Notes under the pieces: model-generated | What the model was told of the DNA's origin: nothing | Database searches by the model: none | Seen by the model: only the letters and a program-made list of their open reading frames with translations | DNA from: Owenia fusiformis | Lineage: Eukaryota | DNA length: 64,000 nt | NCBI GenBank assembly: GCA_903813345.2 | Contig: CAIIXF020000001.1 | Coordinates: forward strand, 42,966,001 to 43,030,000 | Direction of reading: 5' to 3' | Program-made: the position numbers and the translations under genes | Shown here: positions 26,696 through 41,095 of the stretch, one piece after another | Position numbering within the stretch: position 1 is the first letter of the stretch | Layout of the letters: each line of letters starts with the position of its first letter

Positions 26696-28115
26696 GTATT
26701 GGGACATGTCATCTAATCAGTTATGTGGGAACATGAAATAAACCTATTGATTAAAAAAAAAGTTATGTGGCAACTGTTTCATTTTAATACACTCAGAAGC
26801 TGCTTAAAAAGCAATATTTAAAAGTTTTATGATGTATTTTGGCGCCTACGTGGCTTTTCACTGGGCCCACATGGCCCGCTTTGGTCCTTTGAATCATAAT
26901 GTCATAGTTCCAAGATGTTTTGTTATAGTTTACATAACAATTTTTCGATTGCTGTGACTTTGTGATTACCAAGGGACCAATGAACTATAAATTATGTATG
27001 ACGTTACTGATCACATGGGGGCCAATCTGATTGATCTGTTAATTTTTATTCATCATTTGTTCAATTGTTTAGCAAAAAGCCGGTTAATCAGACAATTGTT
27101 AAGTTAAATATTTTTCAGTGTGTTTATTTGATGTCAAAAACTTTATATCTGAAGGGCCATAGAGAAAATGTCCTCAATTTGTGAATGTAAATTTGAAGAA
27201 TAACAATGAAGCAAACCAATGTAGGAATTGCCTAGGACTCTCCATACTCGCTTCCCAGTTTGATTTTCAATCATCATACATTGGAAATCCAAGATGAGGA
27301 CTACTGTCTGCTGAACTGTATTTATCCATCACTGTCACAAAGGGCTTTGTATGATATTGGTACATGTGGTACATGGAAAGACACACTGTGCCCTTTTCAA
27401 ACTTTTCTACTTTCAAAATCAATTATGTCATGACATTAAGGGCACCCAGAGCTCAGAGGCACAATATATTTTTTCAAATGAGTTACTCTAAGTAATGACC
27501 CTACTTAGTGGTATGCTCGTTAGATGCTTTCATATGAGCCTGCTTTATAAGTAATTCACCTCCTCTGGTTGTGTTTGGGAAGACAATAGATAGGTGACAT
27601 ACATTAGGTGATTATTCAACTTGAATATTATGCCAATATAATAAGGGGGAAATTGTTATATTGTATTTATTTATTACATTTGCAAAATTATCCCGTTTTT
27701 CAATAAAGATAAGTAAATAATTGAGAATGAAAAAATTGATTTGGGAATTTAGATTTGGAGGGTTGTTGTAGAACAGCAATTACCAGTCTTTATAATAGAG
27801 GTACACTACTTTATCGTATGATCTGTAAAATGAAGCCCTCTCATTGGTCAGTTCTTGTGCTGTACCAATCTGTATTGCTACAGAAATTGTCCCCGTGTCG
27901 CAATACAGAAAATATTGGTACGGATGGGACAATCCTCAGTAGTAATACAGAGGATCACACAAAAAAAATGTTATAGAATGATCTGAAGTGCAATTCAGGA
28001 TATATTCTGTATTGCACTTCAAATCATTCAATTATAGTATTTCCAATTATATTTGGCATTTAAAAATCCTCGGTGGATAATGGGTATTCTGATCCAGATT
28101 GTACAGATATTTCAT

Positions 28116-28293
28116 TTCTTAGCATGGAATACTATGTTAACATTTTATTTCTAGGCATAGAATACCATGTTAACATTTTATTTCTAGGCATAGAATACCA
28201 TGTTAACATTTTATTTCTAGGCATAGAATACCATGTTAACATTTTATTTCTAGGCATAGAATATCATGTTAACATTTTATTTCTAGACATAGA
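28116..28293. repeat. 33-bp minisatellite, ~5 copies
   Basis: ttctaggcatagaataccatgttaacattttat. Confidence 0.92.
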
Positions 28294-28586
28294 AGAACAT
28301 GTTGCAGATTAGGAGAGGTAAAAGTTCAGCTCATATCTCAGAGTTAGATAATGACTAGAAAACATGCTATTCAGCCCTAATAACATTGGGTGATACTGTT
28401 CATTATTCTTCAGTATCTATATTAACGTAAGAAAATCACAAATGAGTAAATTAGAGAAAAAACAATAACAGTGTTTGACATTAAAAGGCTCATCTTGCAC
28501 CAAGCCCCTTTGATTCTTCAACCCCAATTCATACATTCATTTAGATAGGGAAGTACACAGGATAGGGTGTCCAAAGACCTGAGTAG

Positions 28587-29121
28587 TAGGGTTGTCACAG
28601 ACTGGAACAAATGTCCGAACCATACGATTTTACCTTCGGAAACAGACTTTCGAAACTGCTGAAAATATATGTTGTTAGAGTTATTGTATATGCGAAAAAT
28701 AATCTTTATAACTGATTCATTATTTTTTTATATATTTCACACTGTCTAATCTTTAGCTACCGCTGGAAATATCTTAATGTACGACGATTTCATTTTGTAG
28801 AAATTTTTCATTCACAAAAACATTATGGCGGACAATAATAATTCTTATTTGAATATTCTTTCTCAGATTCCTCAGATATAGTTTCATTCAGGGGCTTATC
28901 CCAAAGGACAGAAACCTCAATGCTGAATCTGCTACCTCTCAGCCGTTGATATAAACATTCTCTGTGTTGTACCCTAGCCTAGCTGCAGCTTACAATGACA
29001 ACTTGAAGAAACATTGTATCTTTGTAAGCCAATTAGGTCAGAAATTCCAAAGTTCCGAATTCTGAAAGCAGGTTCCGAAACCAATTCTGTTCCTATTTCG
29101 TTCCATTCTGTGACAGCCCTA
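28587..29121. mobile_element. hAT-type MITE
   Basis: TIR tagggttgtcacaga/tctgtgacagcccta; 8-bp TSD ctgagtag/ctgagtac (7 of 8 match). Confidence 0.75.
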
Positions 29122-30507
29122 CTGAGTACTGATTTTTAAGCAAGATTTTGTTAATATGAATTAATATGAAAATTTTGGGTTATATATTTTTTATAATTGC
29201 TTTACTTGTCCTTCATGCTGAGTCAATAAATTATATAAACAAAATATTAATTTTAATTAATCATTTTTAACACTTTACAGATAACCACTTCTCAGAAGCT
29301 AACATAATTTTATAATAATAAATCATGTTATGTTTCCGTATGCTCTCTATTTGCAAATAATTCAGAACACCTCGGATATTTTTGGACGTCTAATGTCATG
29401 GTTGTCATAGAAACATTAATGTATATTTATTTTGTCATTGTAGAAATCAATAAAACATAGGAAATGTAGCGTGTAAAATATAAGACTCTGACATATGAAG
29501 GCAGCTAAGAGGTAGGCAAGTAAATTGACAGGGTGCTCATTTTAAAATACAAAACTGAGACAAAAATAGCCTAATTAACCAAGAATAGACCAAATAAATG
29601 TGAAATCCATACTCTTGATTTTATAAAAATATAAGGAAATGAAATTGTTTAATTTAAATTTTAAACGGAGAGAAATAAGTGACAAATATAATTTGGCATT
29701 ACAAAAACAGGAACGTTGCTACAATTCTTGAAATATCATACAATGTCTACAATTATAGATTTTTAGCTCAATTTACATCTCTTTGCGGATAAGTGTATTT
29801 ATATCATCTCTTTGAGAGATGTGAGATAGCCTGTGTTTTCATTACAAAAAATGCCAAAATGAATATTTTCAATCTATAGGTGTCAAGAAGAGTCTTTTAG
29901 ATGGTATCACAATGACCCAGACAGATACTATAACTAAAGGTCTTATGGTAATTTAGAATCCGGAATAGAATAATAGGTATAAGACATCTCAAACAAATAT
30001 GAATTAATCATACAATCCCATTTCTGATACTCATCACATCTTTACGTTTCCAAATTAGCAATAGAAAAGAACTGAGCAGACTGGTCTCTCATGATAATAC
30101 AATTCATGGGTAGATTGGGAATTGACACTAGGGTCAAAAATAATATGTTGGAATTGGAAATCCTGAATTCTATGCTTGTGTGGGATAATTGTTCAGGCTT
30201 TTCTGAAAATCCAGGCCCAATCCTTCAAGTCTGGTATCTCTGTCAGGTCCTATCATTTTGCAGAGTCCTCTTTTAATCCAAATGGAATAGAGGAGGATCA
30301 AGATATTAACCCCATCATGTTTTGTCCCATTTGTAAATTATTTTATAAAATCAATTAGTAATCTTTTTTGACGAGAAATTGAATGCATATAACAAATACC
30401 AGGCATGAGGCAGGCAACCAACTTTAAAATAAACTGTGGAAGTTTAACACTACGATATATATACCATTTTACTAAAATTTTGTCTAGCTTCCACTCATCA
30501 TACTTAC

Positions 30508-30607
30508 ATGTAGTTTGTCCTTTCATATCTATGATACATTTGGCATCTCGGGAAGTTTCACGATTGTTAAAGGGTCGCACCCTGACTGCCACTTTCACAG
30601 AAGACAT
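30508..30607 (-). CDS. unc-104: Kinesin-3 (unc-104/KIF1A/KIF1B-like) first coding exon
   Basis: Encodes [33 protein letters not shown]. Donor CAT|gtaagt, phase 1. An acceptor (ttttcag) 4 nt before the ATG implies an upstream 5'UTR exon. Confidence 0.93.
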
Positions 30608-30668
30608 TTTGCTGAAAATATTAAAACAGTTTTAGTTATTTTAAGTTTTTTATTTTTAGTTATATAAG

Positions 30669-31966
30669 AATTATGGTATTAGAGGAAAAGCTAATGATTG
30701 GTTTAGAAGTTATCTAAATAATCGAAAACAATTTACTGTATATGGTGATAATAATGTTAAATCTCAGGAACAATCAATCACATGTGGAGTTCCACAAGGC
30801 ACTACCTTAGGTCCTATTTTGTTTATTATATATATCAATGACATTATATGTTCAAGTTCTTTGTTAAAATATGTAGTTTTTGCAGATGATACAAACATCT
30901 TGTATTCTGATAAGAACATAAATAATCTGATAACTAAATTAAATTGTGAACTGTATAAAATTGATGATTGGTTTTGTGCTAATAAGCTATCTCTTAACGT
31001 ACAGAAGACAAAATTTATGATATATACAACCTGCAAACATAAAGTTCCACAAAATATTGAGATCAAAATAAGAAATAATTTAGTAGAGAGAGTACAATCA
31101 TTCAACTTCTTAGGGATAATTATTGATGAGGATTTAAACTGGAAGGAACATATAAAAAAAATATCGCTTAAAATATCAAAAATCATCGGGATACTATTTA
31201 AAAGTAGACATAAACTAAATACAAAAACACTTCTATCAATTTACTATTCACTTATATATTCTCAAATTCAATACTGTATATGTGTTTGGGGAAATGCAGG
31301 CAAAACTGCAACGAATTCAATATTTCAACTACAAAAATGTTTTTTAAGAATTATTACTTACAGCGGAAATAGAGAACATACCGGGCCATTCTTTAAACAA
31401 TTCAAAATTCTAAAATTTACTGACATATATGACCTTAATATTCTGCAACTAACTTACAAATGTATTAACAGACCCGATTCTTTTCCAAGTGACATTTTTA
31501 TTGACTTCTTTGGAAAAAACAATAGTGTTCATGAACACAACACTAGACAGAATGAACAAGTTCATGTAACAAAATTCAAAACCAATTATTTAAGATACAG
31601 TTTAAAGTACAAGGTGAAATTATCTGGAATAAAATTCCTAATACTATTAAACTTACCAATAATATTTATAAACTAAAACGTCTTTTTAAAGATGACACTT
31701 TTTCAAAATACTGATTTTGATGTTCTGCAAACATAAGGTAATTCCATCCTCTTTATTGTACATTATTTTTTACCAATGTTTTTAATTCATGAGACAAATT
31801 ATGGTTCACCCAGTGTCATGTTGTGTTAAACTTTCAAGCACTTGAAAAATTTAGAATAACGATTTTAAATGTGGTCAATTATATACCTATGTAGGTGTCA
31901 CGACCACGAATATGTAAAAATGTTATCATGTTTTAATGAAATAAATAAATAAAAAAAAAAAAAAAA
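30669..31966 (+). mobile_element. 5'-truncated LINE (CR1-group, Crack/L2-like): RT fragment, 3'UTR and poly(A)
   Basis: In-frame YGIRG..WFRSYL..RKQ, GVPQGTTLGPILFIIYIND, FADDT and FLGIIID. One frameshift near 31612 before GEIIWNKIP, stop at 31714, ends (aaat)n A16. Confidence 0.9.
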
Positions 31967-34350
31967 TGCTACCCTCTGAAAATAAAGCCATTTAGATCAA
32001 ATGCCAAACTCTTGATAAAAGGTAGTGATTTTACAGAGACTCCACATCGATACACAACTGTAAGTACAGATGTAGCCAGGCATGACGTAGGCGAGATAAC
32101 TGCCTGAAATAATTCAGACGTCTATTTTCAGTTGAAATTGTGACGATTTGTCTAATTACTTAAATCAGTTTGTCTTTTAACTCAATTTTTGGCCTCATAT
32201 AATTGAATTGCCTCAGCCATTTTGAGATGTTATCTACACCATTGGAAAGGACTATGACAAAAATTAAAGGAATAAGTGATTGCAATTACACTCTAAAGAT
32301 TATGATAATCACACTTTGAAGACTCAATATTTCATGTATCGTGAATAAATGCCGGTTCTACCAGATCAGCATAACCTAAAATGAATCACTTATAAATGCT
32401 AATGCGCAAATTGAAACAAGCTTTTATCTTTTCAAGAGATCTACATGCCAAAGTAGCCAAAACAAGAAAACAACAGCATGTACTCTCCAAACTAGAGGTC
32501 ACTGAAGATTGAAATTAGTTAAGGGGCATTGATACAAACAGGTTGAATTTCCAGGTGATATCTGAAGCAAAATAAGAATTCTCTTGCCTTTCTATTTGAA
32601 ATATCTAAACAAGTAAAGATGAAGATGGCAAAATACAGCGAATTTAAAATATCAACAAAAATACTTGTTGATTGATAAAAAAGCACAATGTAACAATGTT
32701 CGGATTGAATGTAGGTAGGTAGAAACAGAATGAGTTATCTTGTTGATGGATCTATTATAGAGTGTGACAAGAAAATCTGTCTTGGCAAGGGTAATGAAAT
32801 ATCAGTGTTATAATTTCTTCAATTCATAATTCTCACATGAGATCTGTAATTCATATCAGAAGAAATGCTGCTCTTCTAATGAAAGAGACCTGACAGGAAG
32901 AGAGGACATTTGAAATGCCATTGTATTCCTGTGATATTGACCTAGGCAGGAAACTCTTCTTTTAAGTTGCCGCGCCTCATAAAGACAGCATGACGCAATG
33001 TCAGTCTGCCATAAGACAATAAACTAAGGTAAGTAGATATATTTATTAATGTGCCAATCACAACAAATACAATCCACCCACAATCACGATTCACTAAGGT
33101 GTTCATGTTGATCAATGATGATTAACTACATTGAATTATCGAAATTAACATTAATGAGGACTCCTCTAATGCAACGAATGCTTCGCTCATTCGTTTATCA
33201 CTCCTGAATGTGACGTCAACTCAAACCAATGGTCTACCTTCTCAAGATGAGTTCTATTTGCTGTTTCCTTTTATTAACATAACACTTTAATCATGAAAAT
33301 GGGTAAGAATTTTTTTCTCAAGTGATTGATTGTGATATGTTCAAGTAAAACAAGTCTAACATAATTATGATGTCATTAGGTACAATCCTTTATATGGAAG
33401 AAGATGTGCATTGTTTGATAGATAATAGATACAGGACAATAGATAATTGCAATTTTCACAAAAAAAACATGCTCTTATCATGATGGCATTTGTTTTCATA
33501 TAGAAATAGATTCAAACCCATTAATGTCATCCTGAATATATTAGATTTCTATCACAATCTATGATTAGATGCAATAATATTATGTAAAAACATCTCTAAA
33601 CTAAACTATCACAGAGCCTTTTCATTGGTTGTTTGGGCTAGTGATTATTTCAAATGTTGCTCATTGTGCCTTTTTACACATTTTAAAACAATTTTTGTTA
33701 AAAAATTTAGTTAAAAGATTTGTGATGCATTTTTTTGTCACTCTGAGTTTCAAGGTCATTTGTGAGGTGATGAGAAGCTCGTCACTCAAGGTAGTCAAGA
33801 GGTTAATTTGCCTTCCCCTTTAATAAAATATTGATTCCTGCATCCAGTAAAAGACAGATATATAGATGTACTGTTTTGATGTCCCAAAATGTAGATTTCA
33901 AATCAACTAAAAACTCCTCAATTTTTTCATACTCTCTCTTCTTAAACAAAACAATTTACTTTTGTGGGTGAATATAACTATATTGACCAGAATCAGATCC
34001 CTCATACAACATACAAGTAAATCTTGATGACATTCAAAGTAGGTAAATTATCTTCATTTACAAGTGCACTACTTGATGATACTCCTCTCTATTCAAATGT
34101 TACATTAAGACCATTACTCACTCTATTGATTGAATTTATGAATGTTATATTGATATACTTGTGATTATGTTACAGTGCATTAGACTCCCTCACAAATTAC
34201 ATAAGATTATCCTGCTAAGCATACACTATTCTCATTACCAATCAATAAGACTAAATTATTAGGCTATAATGGCATGATGCACGTTAGATTTCTCTTGTAT
34301 TAAGACATTTTGCTGGTATTTTGGCATCCCCAGGCCCCTATATCATGTAC

Positions 34351-34670
34351 ATGGTACAATCTGAGAACCCAGGCTCCTTTATGGTATAATCTGAGAACCT
34401 GGGCAACTATATGGTACAATCTGAGAACCCAAGCCCCTATATGGTACAATCTGAGAACCCAGGCCCCTTTATGGTACAATCTAAGAACCTGGGCCACTAT
34501 ATGGTACAATCTGAGAACTCAGGCCCCTATACCCCTATATGGTACAATCTGAGAGCCCAGGCCCCTTTATGGTACAATTTGAGAACCCATGCCCCTTTAT
34601 GGTACAATCTGAGAACCCAAGCCCCTATATGGTACAATCTGAGAACCCAGGCCCCTTTATGGTACAATCT
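34351..34670. repeat. 30-bp minisatellite, ~11 copies
   Basis: atggtacaatctgagaacccaggccccttt. Confidence 0.93.
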
Positions 34671-36891
34671 ATTGCCATTAGGCCTAAATCATCTAGATGT
34701 TGCGTTCAAACTACTCAACATCCACCTACCTACAATCAATTCCTTACCTTATATGGATTTTGATAATTTGCTGCATGGAAAACTTATGTTCAAGTCATTT
34801 GCTCAATAATCATGTCTAATCTGACATTAATATGATATATGACTAGTCCTCTTAACTGTTGTTGACACCCCATACTACATTAAAAATGGGTACCGTAAGT
34901 GAAATGCCTTAGGGTATACCTTTGAAAAGTGCCGTATCAAAATGGATGTACCACTGACTAATAAAGGTGCTCAACCTGAGTATTTTTCTGACTTGAGATA
35001 ATAATAGGAGTTATTGATGGTCCACATAGAAACATTGAATCATCATTTCTGATGTGACATCTAAATTATCAACTAATATGGGTGTTCAACCGTAGCCATA
35101 ACTGTATCTATTTTACATATAAACATGTATATTTAAGAAGAGGAGGGAATACCCCAGTGTCCAGAGATGCCCATAACTTCAATGGAAATTTAAAGATTCG
35201 TCACTGATTGGTCAAACGGCATAGGAGCTAACAAAAAACAAAAAAAGAGCTCTAGGTGATTCTGAGGTCATCTTTTTAACTCTGGGGTTTCCCTCCTCCT
35301 ATATCAAATTATAGTGTATTCTCAATCATGAACTCATTACTATCATGATGTCATTCATTATTATTGTATGGGTCTACTGTTGAGGTTACATAACACATAA
35401 ATAGAAAAATAGAAAAAAATAATAGTGCCCTCATCTTTTTCAAGAATCATCATTAATTATGTTACACAAGCAATCAAATTATTGCAACTTAAATAGCTAT
35501 TTTTTTATATTACAATTGAGGACAACATATGATGTACATCTCACTATCAGTGATAATGTAGAAATCATTAGCGTTATAATTACACAATAACTTATTGATT
35601 CCCAAATGCCAATAGTTAATCATTGTCATAATATTACAAAACAGAGTCGAGACATACCTCAGCCAAAGAATCAAGAATGTATATTCGGGGGCTCATAAAG
35701 GCTTACAGTTAGATTATCAACATTTTTTTTAATTTTTACTATTGAGACTAAATATCAAAGTCATTTTATGAAATTATCATACCTTTTGTTCGCTTGGCTC
35801 TATCAATCAGTTAATCCATATAGAAATTGTTCCTAATCCTTGAAAAATGGAATTCGCTTGGATATCTTTATTATGAGTCATATTTTCTTATTGTTTGGTC
35901 ATCCATCATTGACATCTGTTTTCTACATGTTGCCATTGGTTGTTAACTCTTCCTATACATGAAAAATACAAAAATAAATCTATATTTTGGTAAATCGTAT
36001 ACAAAATATGCTTGCGATACTTCTGTTGTTCGCTCGCCTATAATGTTATGATCCTGTTTCACATCCAAATAATATTGATGACATCAAAGGCTGCCTCTAA
36101 CGTCATACGGTAATGTCTAGCGATGCTCCCATAATTAGACGGCAAAGTGTATAGAGAATTGAAATGAAGCACTAACCAGAGGAACATTCAGTTTAGCTAG
36201 AGTCGACTTTCACTGCTGATATTGGCCTTAACTCAAGCTGCTTGTACCAGCAACTGCTTTGTGCCTCAGAGAAAATCAATATAGTCTTTGAATAAATTAT
36301 GTTCTATGGAGTCCTCCTATAGTTAATATGTGTCTTTCATGAATTCCTCAAAGATGTATGGTGCAATAAATGTTAAAGGAAATAAGTATGATAGATGACT
36401 ATGATAATGAGGGAGAGTTTTAAATGTTAATATATTGCTACAAAGGTTCTCCTTCAGGATACAAAACTGATCATACATGTACAATTTAGGATTATAGAAA
36501 AAATTCTAATTGTGATCCAAGTGTGCAATCAAATTTTTCTTCAATTAAGAATTGAGCCACAGGGAGTAAGTCATCCTCCCTCTAATATTCACTATCATCT
36601 AAATATAGGCTACAGAATATAAGAGGGAGGGGTGACTTACTCCCATTGATTTGAGCTCCCAAAATTAAGGAAGGAAAATTAAAATATCCAATGTTGCAAC
36701 TTAGTTCAAAGGACATTCCTTGCCAAAACATTTCTCTCCTGATATGGTACATGTAGCTATCTATAATAATCATATATACACTTTCTAATTAGCAAAATAA
36801 AGGAAAATCATTTAATGTGGTCTATATTGATCATTTAAAGATGTAGTGCTCAATTCCAGTAAGCTGCCATCTTTTAAGATTTTATACTTAA

Positions 36892-37953
36892 AGGAATATT
36901 CCTTGCCAAACCATCTCTCTCCTCATATGGTAGCTATAACCATATACATGCTTGCCATGTTTAGCAAAACACGCAAAAATGTTTTGATATGGTCAAATTT
37001 GATCACTTAGAAATGTGATGCTCAATTCCAGTAAGCTGCCATCTTTTAAAATTTCACAAAGGAAGTGACGTCATAGACTTTCAACTTTGCATATAGCATT
37101 AGGTGAGGAGCTATTAAGAATTACAAAACCAGCTAAATATTCTTTTTCAACTTTGTATCTTATTTAATCCTATTGAAAATCTCTTCTTTTATTCTAAGTT
37201 GACAAGCCCTGAAAATATTGAAGTGATTTTATGCTACTTTCCTATACTGTTATGGGCAAGGGTATAGAAGTTGAGAGTTGATGACATCACTTCCTGCAAG
37301 AAATCTTAAAAGATGGCAGCTCACTGGAAATAAGCACTAGATTTTTAAATGATCAATATTGACCATATTAAAACATTTTCCCATGTTTTGCTAAATATGG
37401 AAACTATATACTGTAAAACGGGTAATTTTGACACCGGGAAATTTTAGCGATTTTTCAATTTTAGGGGGTTTTAGCGTGGGAAATTTTAGCGAAATGAAGA
37501 TTAATCTTTAAAAAATCAAATTAGCGAAATGCATTAGAAATTTTATCATTTATGGCAGAAGAATGAATAACGGACATGACAGAGCAATTATCAAAATGTA
37601 AGACTTCCAACGCACATGGTATTGGTCAAAACTACTGTAATCTCATGGTGGATAGCTATTTATCCTTCAGATATTGAAAGAAACATACGATTTAAAAATA
37701 TTTACCTTTTTCAAATTACAAACCGGAAGTCGAGCACTGAACGAAAAGCTCCTTAAATACTAGTAATCATGTAGTTTCCCGGGACTTTGCAAATTTTAGC
37801 GCCCGGTTTATTTTAGCAAATTGATTTTTTTTGCGAAACTATAGCGATCGCTAACAACCGCTAACAATTACCCCTCGCTAACAATACCCGTTTTACAGTA
37901 TATGATTATAGCTACCATATCAAGAGAGAAAGGGTTTGGCAAGGAATATTCCT
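36892..37953. mobile_element. TTAA-flanked MITE (Kolobok-like AGG termini), ~200-bp TIRs, containing a nested MITE
   Basis: TTAA|aggaatattccttgccaaacc...ggtttggcaaggaatattcct|TTAA; an extra partial arm lies at ~36713-36880. Confidence 0.75.
37411..37898. mobile_element. TA-flanked MITE (Tc1/mariner-type), nested
   Basis: TA|ctgtaaaacgggta...tacccgttttacag|TA. Confidence 0.8.
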
Positions 37954-40883
37954 TTAACTCCCATGCAGTGTCTCAGAATAGACACTGCGGTGGGCGGATG
38001 GAAAAATCTGGTAAAAAGTCCCATTTTTTATCATACTAGTATATTGAATGTTTAATAACTTATTAAATATGTATTCTTTTACTATTATCGATCCTTATTT
38101 TGCCAAAATATTTCAAAAATCATGAAATATAAGAAATATCCGTGGAAAGATTTGGAGTTAAAATTTTGATGATAATGCTTCATAGCACGTGTGTTTATTA
38201 CGCAACCCAACCAATCATTACATTACGTCATCAATATACGTTGGATGATATGGAGACATTCATTGTGACATTTGTTTTGGCTGATTCCTGACAATGGCCA
38301 AGCACTTTCACTTTCGTTATTAGAGCACTTTGACATTCAATTGAAAATCGAAAGTGCATTTAGATATTGATAAGATTTAGTATCAAAAGGAATCAAATTG
38401 ATGATTATCCTAAAAAGTAGTTTTTAACGTTTTCTAAGGCCTGGATAGTTATGTACATCCTTTAACATGATGGTTTTTAGAATATTACTTAAATTTATTG
38501 AACCCCGACTAGAAATTTTACAATAGTTCACGATGTTCCAGATAGAAATACTTCTAGCCAAGAATTAGTTAAAGACTCGAGTAAAAGTAGCCGATTATTT
38601 AAAAAAGTATGTCTCTTACAGGTTTTAGTGGTAAAAAGATAATGTTTAGATATCGAACAGTAGTCTACACTAAGGAGGCTAGGGCTACTAAGTAAATTAG
38701 CTACTGTAATAGCCTAGGGGAGATCAGAATGTGCAACTTTGAAAGTTGGTAACCCTGCTATACTCAAATTTTTTATTCTGGGAACCAGTTCATATGGTTA
38801 AAATAACGAAATGATGTGATGTAACCACATATCTACTTACCAGTTTGTTCTTTGTCATCCATCGGACTAGGTTACATTGTGGAACGCAGCCAAACTTGAC
38901 AATGAAGGCAACAACTTATCGATATTGATCTTAGCAGAATTTTGGGAAATTTAGATTGTCCATTTTGCAAGCTCACGTGACTGATCAGGTGACACATGTC
39001 TGATCATGCGACACTTGTCTGATCACATGACTAGTTACTGTATGGATCATGTGACTTATTGATGTGTCACCCAACCATGTCTTCAAAGAAAACAGTAGTA
39101 AATAATTTAGAAAATGTTTTGCCAGCATTTGCTACTGATTATAGAAGAGGACATGCCAAGATAGCAATGTCAAACATTGTAGGGAGGGCTGCTAAAGTCA
39201 CTGGGTATTCCAAATCAGTTTTCTTCAAGTTATTACGTCAGGATACAGATGTGACATATCTTTCATTGAAAATACATTGCAACGTATATTCACTACTGGG
39301 ATTCCCAGGGGTAAAATATTTGTTAATTAAATATTCATTAATTATATTTCACCCCAGTTCCAAACTGCCAAACAGATACACTGTATTGAAAGCAGGAGAA
39401 CCATAAAAATATAATGTTAGGTTATTTATAATATAAACGCATTTATATACCCGACATAACTAAATAATTACAATTATAAATAAACAATTTCGTTCAGTGC
39501 CCCGTGAATTCTACAAGCAACAAGATGGGGTACACACCCGGGTTCTCATCCCCGGACCACACGTTGGCATTTTACAAGACCATTTTGCATAATTTCATAT
39601 TACCACTAGGCTATTTTCCTGCAATAGCTATATTGAACGTATTATGATTACTACAGGGCTATAAAGCTGTGTGTTGTATACTGGCCGCCCTCTGAATACT
39701 GGGGTACCCGAAATCAAATGTCTCCATTTAATTTATGTAGTCTGCAATCTCCTAGCATTTCGTTCAGTTCAATCGTGCCTAACAGGCCCAGTATTCAACG
39801 AACGAAACTGCTAAATTGTATTTTTAGTCTGCTTATTGATCTATTGATTCATAAAGACCTGAAATGATGAATTCAAATAAGACCGCCGCCTAAATGAAAA
39901 CACTACACATAAAGTGGTGAAAAACAACAAACTAAAGTTGAAAGATCGCAACGTTCACTACTTTGTTCAATTCCGGAAATCTCCAAAGGGCTACAAACGG
40001 GAAATTAGGCTTTGTATAAAAAACCTCCTACCTCATACCCACCTACCCGGGACATGATAGTCATCATCCTCCAATCACATGGCTTCAAAATCCAGAATAT
40101 CTTCTTTCTTTTTACCCCCTGCGATAAGCAGTTAGCATTTCCCCGATTAAGAACTCGCAATTTGATGTGTATATGTCATCGGTGAATAATTAGATCACGT
40201 GATTCAGTTTAATCGGGCGCTTCCAAATTGGTTATAGCAGGGGGGAAGAAGGAGGTACGAATAGGAGGATGGCTTAGGAGGATGTACAGTCATTGAAAGG
40301 TTCAATTTTAAAGATTTTTATGTCTAAAATAGCTCTAATCATTAACATTTCTACAATTCCAGCTTTATTATATGACTAGACGAATGACAGATCCATAAAT
40401 AAAGGCATATGGGTGTATTGTAATGTGTAATGACCCGAGGGCGCCCCAGGGGAACTAACGACCGCAAGCATAGGTCTCAGAATACTGCCTTCAGTGTCGT
40501 GTTTGGCTGAGTTCCACAATGTAACCTAGTCTGATAGATGACATAGAACATACTGGTAAGTAGGATCACATCATTTCATTATTATATGAACCCAGGTTCC
40601 CAGAATAAAAAATTTGAGTTTAGGAACAAATTTCTTCAACTCAACTAAGTTCAAAATAGATTCATTAATATGAGTCAACAATTCTTTATATCATATGACA
40701 GCACTATTCTATACCAACAGCCTACGCAAACACAACATCGCAGAGTGTCAAAATAAAAAAAAATTGGTTGGAAAAAAATAATTTCTGTATAAATTATGAA
40801 CTAAGCCTGAAACATAAAACCTACATACTTTACACATATGTTCTTGATAGCTTACTTGTCCATTGTATTACAAAATGTCTTAC

Positions 40884-41095
40884 CTTTGATCATTGATAGC
40901 TTTATAAACACGCTTGTTTCTCGGTAAGATTAAATTTGCATCCCGTGATCTCAAAATGGCAACAAATAAGATCATGCGCATTGGAAGAGTAAAATCCGAA
41001 AATACAAAAAAGCAAAGATTTGATTGGTCAGAAATATGATGACGTCATCTAAGATTTTCATAAAAAGCCCGCGAAACTTCCTCACTTCCTGTTTC
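40884..41095 (-). promoter_or_regulatory. Candidate unc-104 promoter and non-coding first exon
   Basis: Minus-strand donor AAG|gtaaga at 40884/40883. Nearby are YY1-like caaaatggc, tgcgca, CCAAT (gattgg), a full CRE TGACGTCA at 41040-41047 and ETS-like acttcc; locally CpG-richer. Confidence 0.4.

Noticed and set aside
34300..34809. ORFs and CRISPR-like regularity in the 30-bp array (likewise the 33- and 38-bp arrays)
   Set aside because: Units are contiguous with no unique spacers, there are no cas genes, and the context is a eukaryotic intron.
39059..39406. 115-aa ORF inside the inverted arms
   Set aside because: No recognisable motif or supporting splice structure.
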